Assembly (NCBI RefSeq): GCF_006345805.1 | Contig: NC_043004.1 | Location: 28,396,001-28,460,000 of the forward strand | DNA from: Octopus sinensis | Lineage: Eukaryota | Length of the DNA stretch: 64,000 bases | Direction of reading: 5' to 3' | Part shown: positions 25,734-38,444 of the stretch, piece after piece | Layout of the letters: each line of letters begins with the position of its first letter | Numbering within the stretch: the stretch's first letter is position 1 | The notes under the pieces: generated by a model | The model's input: only the letters and a program-made list of their open reading frames with translations | What the model was told of the DNA's origin: nothing | Database searches by the model: none | Program-made: the position numbers and the translations under genes

Positions 25734-26126
25734 CCACACAACCACACACAACCACACACGGACACACATATGGACACATACACGTATAAATATACACACA
25801 TACGGACACATACACAGGTACTTTTTGCCATGGATGTTGTTTTCTTTCATGTCATAGATTTGGCCAAACTATGATAAAATGCGTTCTATCCATGAATTAC
25901 ATACGGTACTTTGAGACAACACCATACGATACTAAGATACCTAGCTAAGCTTAATCCAAGCGACAGCCACTTTCTCCTCTAATCTTCAGGTTCTCTTCAG
26001 GTTTACCTTAAGATTACTGTCGGAAACTTTTTTCTTTTCTTTTTTTTTTTTTTTGAGAAAAAGACTATACTCGCGAGTGCACGTATTGAGTGTTTTAATC
26101 TGTAGCAACACGAAACCTTTATAAAA

Positions 26127-27500
26127 ATGACTACTCGTTGAAACACTTACTCACACCTTCAAAACAATCTATACTAAAATGTTGCTGGAAAAAGTGGAAA
26201 TTCTGTTTACATGTATGCGTTGGAAATTTTTACTTATTGATATTGAGATGACATTTATAGCCACAGAACACATGGACACAGAATACCTGCCTTCAAGAGT
26301 TAAGGATTTAGCCCATTTCACAGAAGAGCCCTAAACATAGTATCCAACATGCAGTTACGCATGAAGATAACAAAACATTGGAACATTTAAGAATTCTAAA
26401 ATTAGGTTTGTCTTATTTAATAAAGCGAATCTTCGTATATGGCATACAACAGGATAAATATGGTAAAGAATTGAAAAAAGCGACCTATAAGATTTATTGC
26501 AATGTGAATGAAGAAGCCAAATGCTTTAACAAATGATACATAGTAGACGACTGAACATAATGTTTAGTTAAAAAAGAAGTGTCTACATCTAAATATATGT
26601 TCATAAGCCTAAATTCAATCATAAACCCACTTGTAAACTAATAAAATCTGCCAAAACAAATTTAAAAGAGTAACCGGGCTTCCATAGTGCGCAAACAGTA
26701 GAATAGTTACCAAATGGAATTAGACTAGCTCTAGAGATCACGATATCGTAAAATGTCACCATTCGCTATTGAGACCCACGTTAGTCAAAACCATTTAACA
26801 TCCCAGCAGATACGTGAGAATCGATGATTAAAATATCGAAATTATTATGCATACACGTAAAAAACCCTACTTTTCCAAAGTGAGTCGGCTTGAGTTAAAA
26901 AGTATGAACCAGATGATATATGAGACGTCTCAGTGGGCTTTTATACTTTAATAGATTTATACTTACGTAGCAGTAATGGCTATTTTCGAGTTAACTTATG
27001 AAATAGTTTCTAATAGCTGTTTTTAATAACATAGTAATTAAATATAACAGTAGCTAATAATTTAACTAAGGTTGACTTTCTAGAAACGTCTTTAGACCTA
27101 CATTCTGATATTTACAAACCCAATGAGAAATTTAGAGGTATAAATAGGCAATCTTGCCACCCCACTATTCTATCAAGAAGTCTTATAGACAATATTACTT
27201 CAAGAAAGAATACCTCACCTCCTCTAAAGAAATCTTTGATAAGTGACTCTTTATTACATTTAGGCTCTAGCAAATGCCAAGAACAGACCGGGAAAAATAA
27301 TACGGTTCACACCGCTTCCTTTGACTCTCACAAAATTAAGAGTAATCGTGGGTGAAATTTCCTGGTTCTGCTAGATAAGAATTTCCTTGACAGTCATAGG
27401 TACAAAAAAGAAAAATCTTCAATTGGCGTTCTGGGAAAACTTATTCTTACAGTCCTGAAATGAAGATAATTATTTCAAGCAGACCCACCAAATGTATCAT
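26127..27500 (+). pseudogene. Decayed Penelope-like element ORF (N-terminus, pre-RT region, RT motifs 6-7 and thumb/linker)
   Basis: Frame-broken remnants resembling YSLKNIP.PSKQSY.KML.EKVE...MRWK (26127-), HKPKFNHKPTCKLI (26602-), NLTKVDFLETSLDL..DIYKP (27060-) and RKIIWFNPP...FLVLLDKNFP (27290-). Confidence 0.65.
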
Positions 27501-27809
27501 TCCAGATTGTCTTTCAGTTATTCTCAATCCTCAACATGCGACTGAGAGTCTACCTAGTTTAAAGGGGAACAGATCTTTGGCAAGTCGTGGTGAAAAGCAT
27601 TTCGGTTTTACCACTTTTGGGGGAAAATAAATTATGTCATTCTCATGCATGTATGTATGTATGTATGTATGTATGTCATTATTGTTTTATTTCAAGATTT
27701 CTGGCCAATAGAGAGAAAGAGTCGGTTTCTAAACTTGGAATTTCAAAATCAACAGTTTGTATGTATGTATGTATGTATGTATGTATGTATATATATTCAG
27801 ATTTGTTTT

Positions 27810-27883
<74 letters not shown>

Positions 27884-29288
27884 TACACAAGCACACACAC
27901 ACGCACACACTCACACATTTTATTTATTCACTCTCCTTTGTTCGCTATTTCATCGAGTTACTTCTCTAATTCACTCACTGTCTTAGAGGTCCCCTTTTCT
28001 TCATTTTTCTTCTCTCTTCCACTCCTTATGTTTTTCTTCTTTCATTCTTTTTTCCATGCTTCGCTAAATTTCTCTACCATGTCTAGCTGGCTGGATGATT
28101 GCTGAATCTCTCCCTATCCCTCCATCCACACATCTTTCTCTCTATTCTCTCCCTCTTTCTCTCTATTCTCTCCCTCTTTCTCACATCCTATTTATTTACT
28201 CCATCTCTCTATGATACTTTTTTCCCAATCTTTGCTTTATGCGGATATTCTCATGCATATAGTTGCATGTCTAGACATGCTCCTATATACTTAAAGGGAT
28301 AAACTTCTGAAAAGTTTTACAGATTTTTTGCAATTCCATTGATGGCTTGGATCTATAGTCTTCGAATAAGCTTTTTTCCTTTCTGGTTTTGAGAAGCCTA
28401 ATTTCTCAAGATTGGTATTTAGGCAGTGCATTACATATCCCAGTGATCTCTCAGCACAGTCACTATTTCCTTCTGTTTATGGATTTATTGTATTTCAGCT
28501 GAACTAAGCAACACTGGGGCTTCTAGTAAAGCGTGAGAAACTCATTCGTTCTTCAGAGAAGGCACTGTCACTATGTTAGGGATTATGTATACAGTGATTC
28601 TAAATATATGTTTATTAAGCGCATGCATGTAAATTTATTTACAACTTCTCCAGAAACACGCTGTCGCGGCATTTTAATTAGGAACATATATTTTACATTC
28701 GACACGATATTTATACTTCCAAGCTTGCTATCTTCTCTCTATTTTCTTACATGCCTCCTGTGGTACCTAAATTGTATCAGTTACATTTTGATACAATCTA
28801 ACTACGACGCAGTTATTTATACTATACATATATACACATATATAAACATATCATTCGCACTTACAAAAAGCACAACCTAATACATGAATATACATACAAA
28901 TCAGAACGCAAGTGTATATGTGTGTGCGGGCGGGCGGGTGTATAGTTAGATATAAATGATTTCAAAGCGTACACAATTATTGTAGCAGAGGTTATATATA
29001 TGAAACACCTAATGATTCAATCTGCGCTACCACTCAGTTTTTCTCCATACGTGTGCTCGTTCAGCGATCCACTTACACACGCACTTCCACAGAAATACAC
29101 AGAGAGAAACACGGGTATGTACATCCAGACATATGTTTATTATTCATGTGTATGTTAACTACAAATTCAGAAAAGCACACATACATAAACATCTTGAACG
29201 TCAACGAAACAGAGAATAATAGAGTCTATAGAATCAACTAACCGCCTCTCCTAAAACTTACTGACCTTGTTCCAAATTAGAAAGAATA

Positions 29289-29290
<2 letters not shown>

Positions 29291-29319
<29 letters not shown>

Positions 29320-29320
29320 C

Positions 29321-29381
<61 letters not shown>

Positions 29382-29386
29382 CATCA

Positions 29387-29441
<55 letters not shown>

Positions 29442-29460
29442 CATTATTATTATTATTATT
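29291..29460. repeat. (CTT)n(ATT)n microsatellite
   Basis: Directly visible; abuts a SINE A head. Confidence 0.95.
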
Positions 29461-29680
29461 AAAAGCGGCGAAATGGCAGAGTCATTAGCACGCCAGGCAA
29501 AACGCATCGCCGTTTTTCATCCATCTTTATGTTCTGAGTTCAAGTACAACCGAAGACGTTTTGCCTTTCATCCTCTCGGGGTCGATAAAATAAGTACCAG
29601 TTGAGTACTGAGTGCAATGTGATCGACTTACCCCGAACCCTGAAATTACTGCCCTTCTTCCAAAACTTGAAGTCATTAGC
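29461..29680 (+). mobile_element. SINE group A2 (same head and core as A1, different tail)
   Basis: Head AAAAGCGGCGAAATGGCAG, core GCCTTTCATCCTCTCGGGGTCGATAAAATAAGTACCAG, tail CCCTGAAATTACTGCCCTT...CAAAACTTGAA. Confidence 0.8.
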
Positions 29681-29936
29681 GTTGTTGTTCTTGCTGTTAT
29701 TGTTCTTGCTATTATTTTATAAATGAGTAGAAGGTCAATGAATTACAGGAGCACCGAACGAAATGCTTTTATATTTTCCTCATTATTTTTCCTGTACCCA
29801 CCACACACAAACTCGCATGTAAATACATATGCAAATTAGGCATGTGTGAGCGTGTATATATATATTATATGCATACATGCATACAAGCATATACATATAT
29901 TCACAAAACGCTCGTGTGCATATACACACATGTGCA

Positions 29937-30009
<73 letters not shown>

Positions 30010-30200
30010 TTGGCCATGATAGATCGCTAGCCACTACACATTCTTTATTTTCTTTCCCTGTTTTTTTTCATGTGTTCCTGTCTGTGGAAGAGCGTAGGAT
30101 CGAAACGTTAAATACGTTTTAACTTCGCGAGCGTTAAACTAATACATGTTTGTTGTCTACACCGTCTGTCTTCGTCCTTTGTTTTTTGTGAATTCTCCCA

Positions 30201-30282
<82 letters not shown>

Positions 30283-30289
30283 CTTATAT

Positions 30290-33200
30290 GCGCGTACATA
30301 CCATATATGTGTGTGAATGTATTTCATATACATTTTGCTCTGCGGGACATTCTCTTCACTGGCTTTCCACTGGATATCCCAACAATTTCTACGTCTCCCC
30401 TAAGTGCTGCTCCCTGTTGCAGCAGCAGCAGGCGGCATTAAAACTACAAAGAAATGTTTACGTACTTTTGGTCCAGCCAGTAAAGATGTCTCTTTACCCA
30501 TATTCATACAACTACTCGGGTAGCAGCTGCAAGAATTTCATCTATGGCTGAAACTATTATGTTTTGCTAGTCATGAGAATTTGCCCTTTACTCTCATCTC
30601 ACATATCCCTGCCGTTATCGCTAGGAAAACATTTCATCCCCTTTTTACGATTGGCTAGCCCGTTGCCCTTTCTATGTCCATTGCCAGACTGGTTGGACAT
30701 CGTAGATTTCGCTACAAGCTCATTACATTCTATATCTCCCGGAAGCATCATACCCTGCCATCTTTGTGTCCCGTGCCATTTACTAAGATAGCCAGAGGAG
30801 TCTACATTATTTGTTCCCTCTCTTTCATGTTCCCATTCTATATTGCTATTTGAAGGTACCATGTGTTCATCAGTCTGAAGTGTTCTGTCAAAAGTCACAC
30901 CATACAGTAAGACCAATTGCTTTGTTATTGCAACATGTCTTAAGAACACGATTACTTCTTCCAAATCCATTTGAAATATTTAATCATTAACTGTATTAAA
31001 TGTGTCGGCTTTTGTTTATTCTTCTGCGTTGTCTTTCTTCGATCTTCCCCGATATTTTGTAGGTAAAACAACTTGTATTTTACACCAGCAAAGGTACCGA
31101 CGACTTCGTTATGCCACTAGGTATATTTTCAAATGGATAACTTAAGCTCTGCCAAAGAATATTTCACTGATGACAATCAGCGACATCACTCAAGCTCCAC
31201 TACATAAAATTTGCTACTGATCAAAGTACAGTTTACATTACTTTCTAGAGAAATTACAATATGGCTATCTCTAGATTTACGCAATATGCTCGAGGATAGC
31301 TTCCCTTCTGAACTGTTTGTTATGCTGCTCACACACATTGCTTTCAGGCACGAGTTTTCCCGCCTGAGAAACTCATTTGTTTGATATGTGTCCCAGTCAA
31401 TAGCGTCTCCTCTATCGCATCTATAATCCATTTCATTTCTAGAGTGGTCTCAACCACCAGTTTCACCCACATTCCATTTCTTTCATGCCCAAACTATTCG
31501 CTGGGTCGAACGCACTGTGGGATTCAACGATTACCTTAGAACCATGTGGTAGTGGGCTTTAGCAACATTAAACTCCTCCATTAGCAATCTTAAAGGCACT
31601 AGACGTTCTGCAATAATCCTTTTTTATGTAGCATGTAACCAAACTACTTTCATAGAAACTTGGTAGAACATTTTCCCATTTTCCCATTTTTCTTTATTGT
31701 TATGAACTGGAATGGTCACAGGTGATTCAGCAGAAGGCCATGCTGACAATGAGAATCCGTGCTTCCACTTGCTCTCAATCTCAATACACCTGTTGGCATA
31801 ATTTAAGAGTTTTGCAGAGATGCAACCACCGTCACTGAATCCTGTCAAAGGGGTATCATTCACGGACAGATTACGACGACTTCGAGCATTCGTGTCATGC
31901 TGACAATGCTGGAAGAACTCATCATAGCGGGTTACGAAAGATTTTACCATGGCGAAAACATATTTTTAAAATTCTGGAAAATATAACACAACATTTTGGG
32001 AAGAATTTAATAGATTTTTTTTAATGGTTCATATGTGTATAGCTTGTAAAGAGACTGAAATACAAGAATTCAGTAAAAGCCAATGCTGATTGGCTGCTAT
32101 TTTTTGCATTCTCATTGTGTGTTTTTTTTTATATTTGCTTATTCAATCTGGATTTATTGTGCTACGTAAGGGTGCTTTGTTATGTTTGTTTCGGAGTTTG
32201 ACAATGTTGTCAAGGAATTGACAAAAGAACAGTTTTAACAAGATTATTAAATCTAAAATGACAAAACAAATTTAAAATAGTTGCAGTCCTTTCACCAAAG
32301 GCATTCCTGTGTTATATTTTAAGAAAGAGTTTTACTCAAAAGTAATTTATTCCTATTTCTTCCGTTTTTTTAAAAAATATTAGTGTGATTTGAATTATTT
32401 CTAGCTAACTGAGTGGTCATATAAAGCCCACTTTGTAGGTTGGCAATATAAAGACCAAGATAGGCAAGACAGAAAAGAATGTTTGGTCATATTATGCACC
32501 TTGTAACACTCAAGGGAAACCAGCATGTTTTTCACCAATCTGATGTAATTTTGAAATAAATTCTGAAATGTGCATCGCTGTTTGTTAGATTCTTAAAGCT
32601 ATTTCATATAAAGCCTTAAACTTCTCTCATACACGTTGGTAATGCAGTTCATTCTCGATATGTTACTCTCTAATCATAAGTTTGCATAGAAGCACTTGAT
32701 TTATGAGTCTGACATACTTTTTCAAGAATGATGCGAAAACCTGATAGATGTACAGTTCTTCAGCTTTTTTCTTTAGCTGACAAGGATACATGCACCAAAG
32801 GAACAAATAGTTCTATTACATTCTTTCTACCAGCTGTCAAATTCAACATATGCTGGTTGTTACTTTCTTTTAGTCGAGTTTTCAAGACTGCCCTACTTTC
32901 AAAATGATGTCTAATAGTTAGCCTGCAAAGTTCATTCATTATCAACGGACGATTCTATCACCTTCATGCTTTCATACATATAGAATACTGGATACTTTTT
33001 GATATGTTCTTCACTTTTCAATTATACTCATTCGGATGCACGGTGAATAGGATCATTAAGGAATACAATATCCCATTGTAATATTACTTACTGAGTCACG
33101 CAGATCAATGAAAGTATATATTAATATTTATGTCACTAGGTTGATGAAGTTCTATCTATAGGCTTTCAATATAGCTGTAGCATAACTCTTCCTCGAAACA

Positions 33201-33700
33201 CATGAAGCGGAGATCTATCTTTTGAAAACAATTTAGAGAGTTTTACAGGTAGTTTAAGAAAATACTACACACCACATCTTTTCAAATATATTTAAATGTT
33301 AGACAATGTGAAAACTCTTTCTTGATAAAAATATATATAATCCTGTGATGTATTTAACTTTTCGCCAGATCTTTTTATTATTGAAAGCTTTTTATAGTTT
33401 ATCATGAGCATCTGAATTGTAAAGGAAACTTATGCCATTTACTCCTTGTTGCTTTTACAAAGTCAGACAAAATTCGTATGTTAATATATTATCTCTGATT
33501 TCACTTAGTATATGGATTTTCTTTTCTCTATAAATCTACCAGTAAATGTTAACATCAGAACTATTCCATCAAACAAAATACATATTTCGCTTTGCATAAA
33601 ATCTTGTTTTTATAACAAAAATCTTAGGCATGTTTTGAGAAATATGTTGAAACTCAGTGAGAAGCGAAGAGCAATACGTAAGACTTTTTACATAAACACA
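30290..33700 (-). pseudogene. Decayed coding island, possibly an endogenous parvovirus-like (NS1 plus capsid-like) element
   Basis: Free of microsatellites; one frame 31950-31186 is 255 codons with only four premature stops; SF3-helicase-like remnants at 32509-32387. Confidence 0.45.
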
Positions 33701-34363
33701 TGACAAAGCAAGATTTATGCTATATCCTTAGACAAGAAGCATGGTCTAATTGCTTACAACTGCCTGACCTTCACTATGGACACCAGAACGTCGGCTTGGA
33801 ACGAGTACGATATTCGTCAATCCAGTTTCATACACAAGCTCCGGTTTGATCTTCCTCAGTGTGCCAAATAGTGTAGTTCAACTCGGAACTACATTATTGC
33901 CAACCAAACTTCTTAAGCACCAAGCCATTACTTGCTTTGTGAAGTCAAATAATTTCATCCTATACTTTAAAGGAATTCCTCATCGATATTTTAAACTTTC
34001 TGAAACCAAGAGCCATCGTATGCAACTGATATTGTAAACAAGTTGCAACTATATAAAATACAAACATCACAAACATATGAACGCGGGAGCGCACACGCAC
34101 ACACACACACACACACACGCACATATACACACACACACACGTGAATGTTCGTGTATTTATTTAAAATTCTTTTAATTGTTTTTGCGATTGTATTCTGTTT
34201 ACTTTAAGTAATTAGATATTTTCTTGACTGTCTGATGGTGATAAAGGGGAGTGTTTGCTTCTGTGCTGTGTCTGTCCCAAGCAAGCGTGTGTATCTGTTT
34301 GTGTCAAGAAGCTACATCAAGATCAATTTTACCATTTGTAAATAAGTGCGATGTATGTCAGTG

Positions 34364-34392
34364 AGATGGCGCCTCCAAGCACGTCACGTGAT
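34364..34392 (+). promoter_or_regulatory. Candidate promoter motifs (YY1-like AGATGGCG, E-box GTCACGTGAT)
   Basis: Motif match only; 5.4 kb upstream of the BMI1-like exon. Confidence 0.25.
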
Positions 34393-35546
34393 TCGAATGC
34401 AATGTTGAATATGAAATGAAATATACGAGTATCAATAGCGAATTCTTTCTCTGTTTATTTGTGAGCAAATATTGTTTGCAATTTGTAACCCCTATGTTAA
34501 CAGATATTACCTTGGCAAGAAATATATAAAATAAAGAAACATTTTGTTTGTCAGTTTGAGACATAGTCTTTCAAATCTGTGTCGACTATATTTTTCAGGG
34601 ACCTGAACACGCAAAGGTTAATTATGAGAGGAAACATGAATAGAATAGATCAACTTCAGTCTACTACTGGTATTTCGTTAAAATCGTTCTAGGATGAAGG
34701 AAAAGTAAATTTAAAGCATTTAGTTCACTGATACACATTTACAAATCTGATACTCTTTAGTTCTTTTTTTAGAAATAGCAGTCCGAATTCCATCAAAGCA
34801 CACGTCATCGTCCTATAAAAGGAAAGACCTGGTGTAATCTTCGTGATATATAAAATAATCCCTTTAATCATAAGTCTGCTCGATTTTTCTCCGATCTACG
34901 GTTAAACAATTAAATTAATGTGTGCTACGTAAGAAGTTCTTCATGATCATTCGACATGCTAGAAGTAGCTGCTGAATCTACCTTTGGTCACATTGTCATG
35001 TCTTAAAAGTTCAAAGAGACATTAGATAACGTTGTGGGAGATAATCGTACAGTTGGTGGCGGCTGAAATACTTTTATCTGCTTAATTAGGAGAACCTGGA
35101 GCTTAAGTAAATAAATAAATAAATACTAGATAACAGATGAAACTAAATAAACTCCTAATTTCACAAGTTTTCTTTATTTTCGTTTTCTATTTCTGTTTTT
35201 CTTTTATCAGTTTTAATCGAAGCTGTCAATTTTCAGAATGTCAATTCTTAAATTGTGTTTGCTCTATTTAAATTGATGAATTAATTAACTATAAACTCAA
35301 AACAGAAATTTAATGATTGCATTCATTTCAGATATAACAAAAATAAAAAGTTAAATATTTAAAGTCGTCGTTTTTGCTGTTGTTTTTGTTGTTGCTTTGC
35401 CTCAATAAAATTCTGATCTAGTAAACATGCAGTCAAATGTTTTTTCACCGTGACATTTATATCTTATTGTGTGACATAGAATAATTGAGACTACCTTTTT
35501 TTATTCTGTCTTTATTTTTTTTAAATGGTAAAGTGTGATAGAATGT

Positions 35547-35569
35547 CCAATCACAGACCGCCATGTTGG
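35547..35569. promoter_or_regulatory. Candidate promoter motifs (CCAAT box plus YY1-like CCGCCATGTTGG)
   Basis: CCAATCACAGACCGCCATGTTGG in unique sequence; motif match only. Confidence 0.3.
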
Positions 35570-35664
35570 TTCGTATTATGACTAATTAAACCAAGTAATT
35601 CATTTAGCACCTTCTCTATATATTTTGCGATAAACTTTAATAACTCTTCTTATTAAGTTTCTCT

Positions 35665-35880
35665 AAAGCGGTGTGCCGGACGAAATGTTAAGCGGCATGT
35701 CTTACGTCTGTTCCTTCGGAGTTCAAATGCCGCCGAAATCGAGTTTTCCTTTCATCCTTTCGCAGTCGACAACATAAGTACCAGTTGATCAATGGGGTGA
35801 ATGTAATTCGACCTCACCCATATAAAAAAAAAATAATAATAAGTTATATCTAGCCTTGTGCTTGTAGTAGAAAAGATTAA
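35665..35880 (+). mobile_element. SINE group A2, diverged
   Basis: GAGTTCAAATGCCGCCGAAATCGAGTTTTCCTTTCATCCTTTCGCAGTCGAC core; tail GCCTTGTGCTTGTAGTAGAAA. Confidence 0.7.
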
Positions 35881-36402
35881 ATTTTCTCGTGGTATGAGAA
35901 ACAAAACGAATTGGTAGTTTTACTCCCTACTAGATTGGAGAACAGTTACAGGTAAGCCGTGATGGAACCGATAGTAGTTATTGCTAGACGTTCAGCACAT
36001 GTTAATCCAGATTCAGTCTTCAGTGACGTCGATAATTATGAACCTCAATCAGAAAGTTTTTTTTTATATAACTGTATGTTCATATGGATATGCTCCACTT
36101 CTAACTCACCCACTGAATATAAACTTGTATAAACTCATTACTTTCACACCGTCACTTTATAATTTTGCGCACACAGACCAGCAATTTTGGCCTTAGATCA
36201 GGACTTTCATTTTACCTATTTATAGTTTTAGATTATGTCAGACGTGGAAATAAGTGCTCGTTTGTTTATCGTGTTCCTGCAATCTTGTGAAATTTTCACC
36301 AGATTCCTGCTTAATGTTGTTGACTGTTACGAACGTTGCTTTTTCATCTTGTCACCCATACAATTAGTAATAAGACTGGATGCCGCATGACAGATGCTGT
36401 TT

Positions 36403-36768
36403 GTTTGTTGAGCGAAGCAGTCTTCATCCCAGAGTGGGAGAAGTCCGAAATGTGGTTCTTTGCTATTCGTAAGACCCGCAGAAGGGAAAGCAGGTCAATC
36501 CCCGACACCGAAAGCATCGACGGATGGATGAATATGCATCCAGGCTCAGCGGTTGCGTAGGAAGTCGGGGACAAGAAGCAGGAAAAAAGAGTGAGAGAAT
36601 GTTGGAGCGAAAGAGTACAACAGGGGTCGCCACCACCCCCTGCCGTGCCTCATGGAGCTTTAGGTGTTTTCGCTCAATAAACACACACAACGCTCGGTCT
36701 GGGAATCGAAACCGCGATCCTCTGATCGCGAGTCCGCTGCCCTAACCACTGGTCCATTGCGCCTCCAC
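36403..36768 (-). mobile_element. SINE group C2 (group C head and body, different 3' tail)
   Basis: Matches group C from the head to about 36560, then diverges; TSD-like TGACAGATGCTGTTT / TGACAAACGCTGTTT (36388-36402, 36769-36783). Confidence 0.85.
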
Positions 36769-37344
36769 TGACAAACGCTGTTTATGAGGCAGTTGACAAG
36801 AATGGATGTTGTCAGTGAGTTTCAATCATAATTAGCTAGTGGTCTTCAAATGTTTTTCATTTATTTTTTACTTTCCATATTTCAAAGAAATATTGCATTA
36901 TAACCAAGAAGGAAATGTGAAAATGAATGTTAACTTTTAATACGATCTCTTCACAATAAATCTGTTTAATTTTGAAATACTTTTTAAAGAAAAGCGTTTG
37001 CATCAGAATAATTTTATTTATATATCACGACCAAATCCTAAAATACAGTGATTTAAGTGATTTATCTTGCTATATTCTTCTATATTCTGTGTTCAGATGT
37101 TAACGGCATTGAAATTGCATTTAATACATTATATGGGTATAATTTTCCTTGCCCAGTGTGTTTGTGTATGTGTGTATTTGTGTGTGTGCGTGTTTGTGTG
37201 TGTGCGTGTTTGTGTTTGCGCGTGTGTATGTGTGTGTGTGTGTGTGTGGGTATGTGTGTGTGTGTGTGTGCATGCGTGTGTGTGTGTGTGCCAAACATCT
37301 TATACTGATTACCTAATCATTATTTCAAAATGTTAACATAATTT

Positions 37345-37555
37345 AAGGTGACGCCGTGCACAATGCATAGCAGCGTTTCGCTCGCCTTCACGTTCTGAGT
37401 TTAAATTCCGCGCCGAATACGAACGACTTTGGCTTTCATCATATTGGGATCGATAAAATAAATACCATCTGAGTACTGGGGGTCGTCATGATCGGCTTTC
37501 CCTCAACCTCCACCTTGAAATTGCTAGTCTTGGGCCAAAATTTTGAACCAATATT
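37345..37555 (+). mobile_element. SINE group A2, diverged
   Basis: Head, core and A2 tail (GAAATTGCTAGTCTTGGGCCAAAATTTTGAA). Confidence 0.7.
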
Positions 37556-38270
37556 TTCATTCGTTGAATTTCTTTACGACACTGAAAGTCTCATTTACGT
37601 TTGTTGCAGTTATGATCTACGCTGAGTTGTTTATAATTTAATTTAGAATCTATGATACTTTCAGTAGAGCTGGTGGGGGTGGGGGTGGGTGAGGAATATC
37701 GTGTTACATCACTTCAAATGACAAAATTTGAAAGGGATTCATCAAGAGTTTCCTCCCCCCACTCTTTTTGTTTTGATACATTGAAACGTATAGCTTGGAT
37801 ATTTATATTCTTTAAAATTCCTCTGAGGTCTAAAATCTCTCAAATATTTACACGCGCGCACACACACACACATGCGCAAACGCACACTCACATGGACGAC
37901 GCACGCACTCACACATACGGCTATATATGTGAGAGACTGTATGTCTGCTGATATGTATACATTAAGCGTCTGATCCTCAGATCCGAATAGATTGCTTTGA
38001 CGTAAATGTTCCGGCTCTCGATTCTTTGAGGTCAAATCCCACCGAAATTAACTTTGCCTTTCCTCCTTTTATGGTCAATAAATAAACCTGCACAGGTTTA
38101 CATCTTTCTCTTCGTCATTTTTTATGCTTGTCCATTATTCTATTTTCCTAGAAGAATTCAGCTCTGGTCCATCTTCGAAATGGATGTGCTCCGACAACCC
38201 TAGCCTAGTGGCCTTTCTAATTTTATTATTAATGTTTCTTAGTATTTTTCTAGCTACTACAATGGAATAA

Positions 38271-38386
38271 CAATTGCAGCATAGAAGGTGTTTATAAGCC
38301 ATTATAAGCCATTTAAGAAACACACAAAACCGTTAGGTTTTGTGTGTTTCTTAAATGGCTTATAAACACCTTCCACGCTGCAATTG
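38271..38386. repeat. 116-bp near-perfect palindrome at the 5' end of a PLE relic
   Basis: CAATTGCAGC...AAAACC-GTTA-GGTTTT...GCTGCAATTG; the left arm has an extra TATAAGCCAT. Confidence 0.9.
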
Positions 38387-38444
38387 TTTTCGTTCCAGTA
38401 CACGATCTCAGATCAAGTCACTCGCTATGTAAGTACATCCCCGC

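Noticed and set aside
31530-31556. HYHMVL as an HUH replication-initiator motif
   Set aside because: It lies downstream of the helicase-like remnant, the wrong order for NS1/Rep, and I found no catalytic Tyr motif; likely coincidence.
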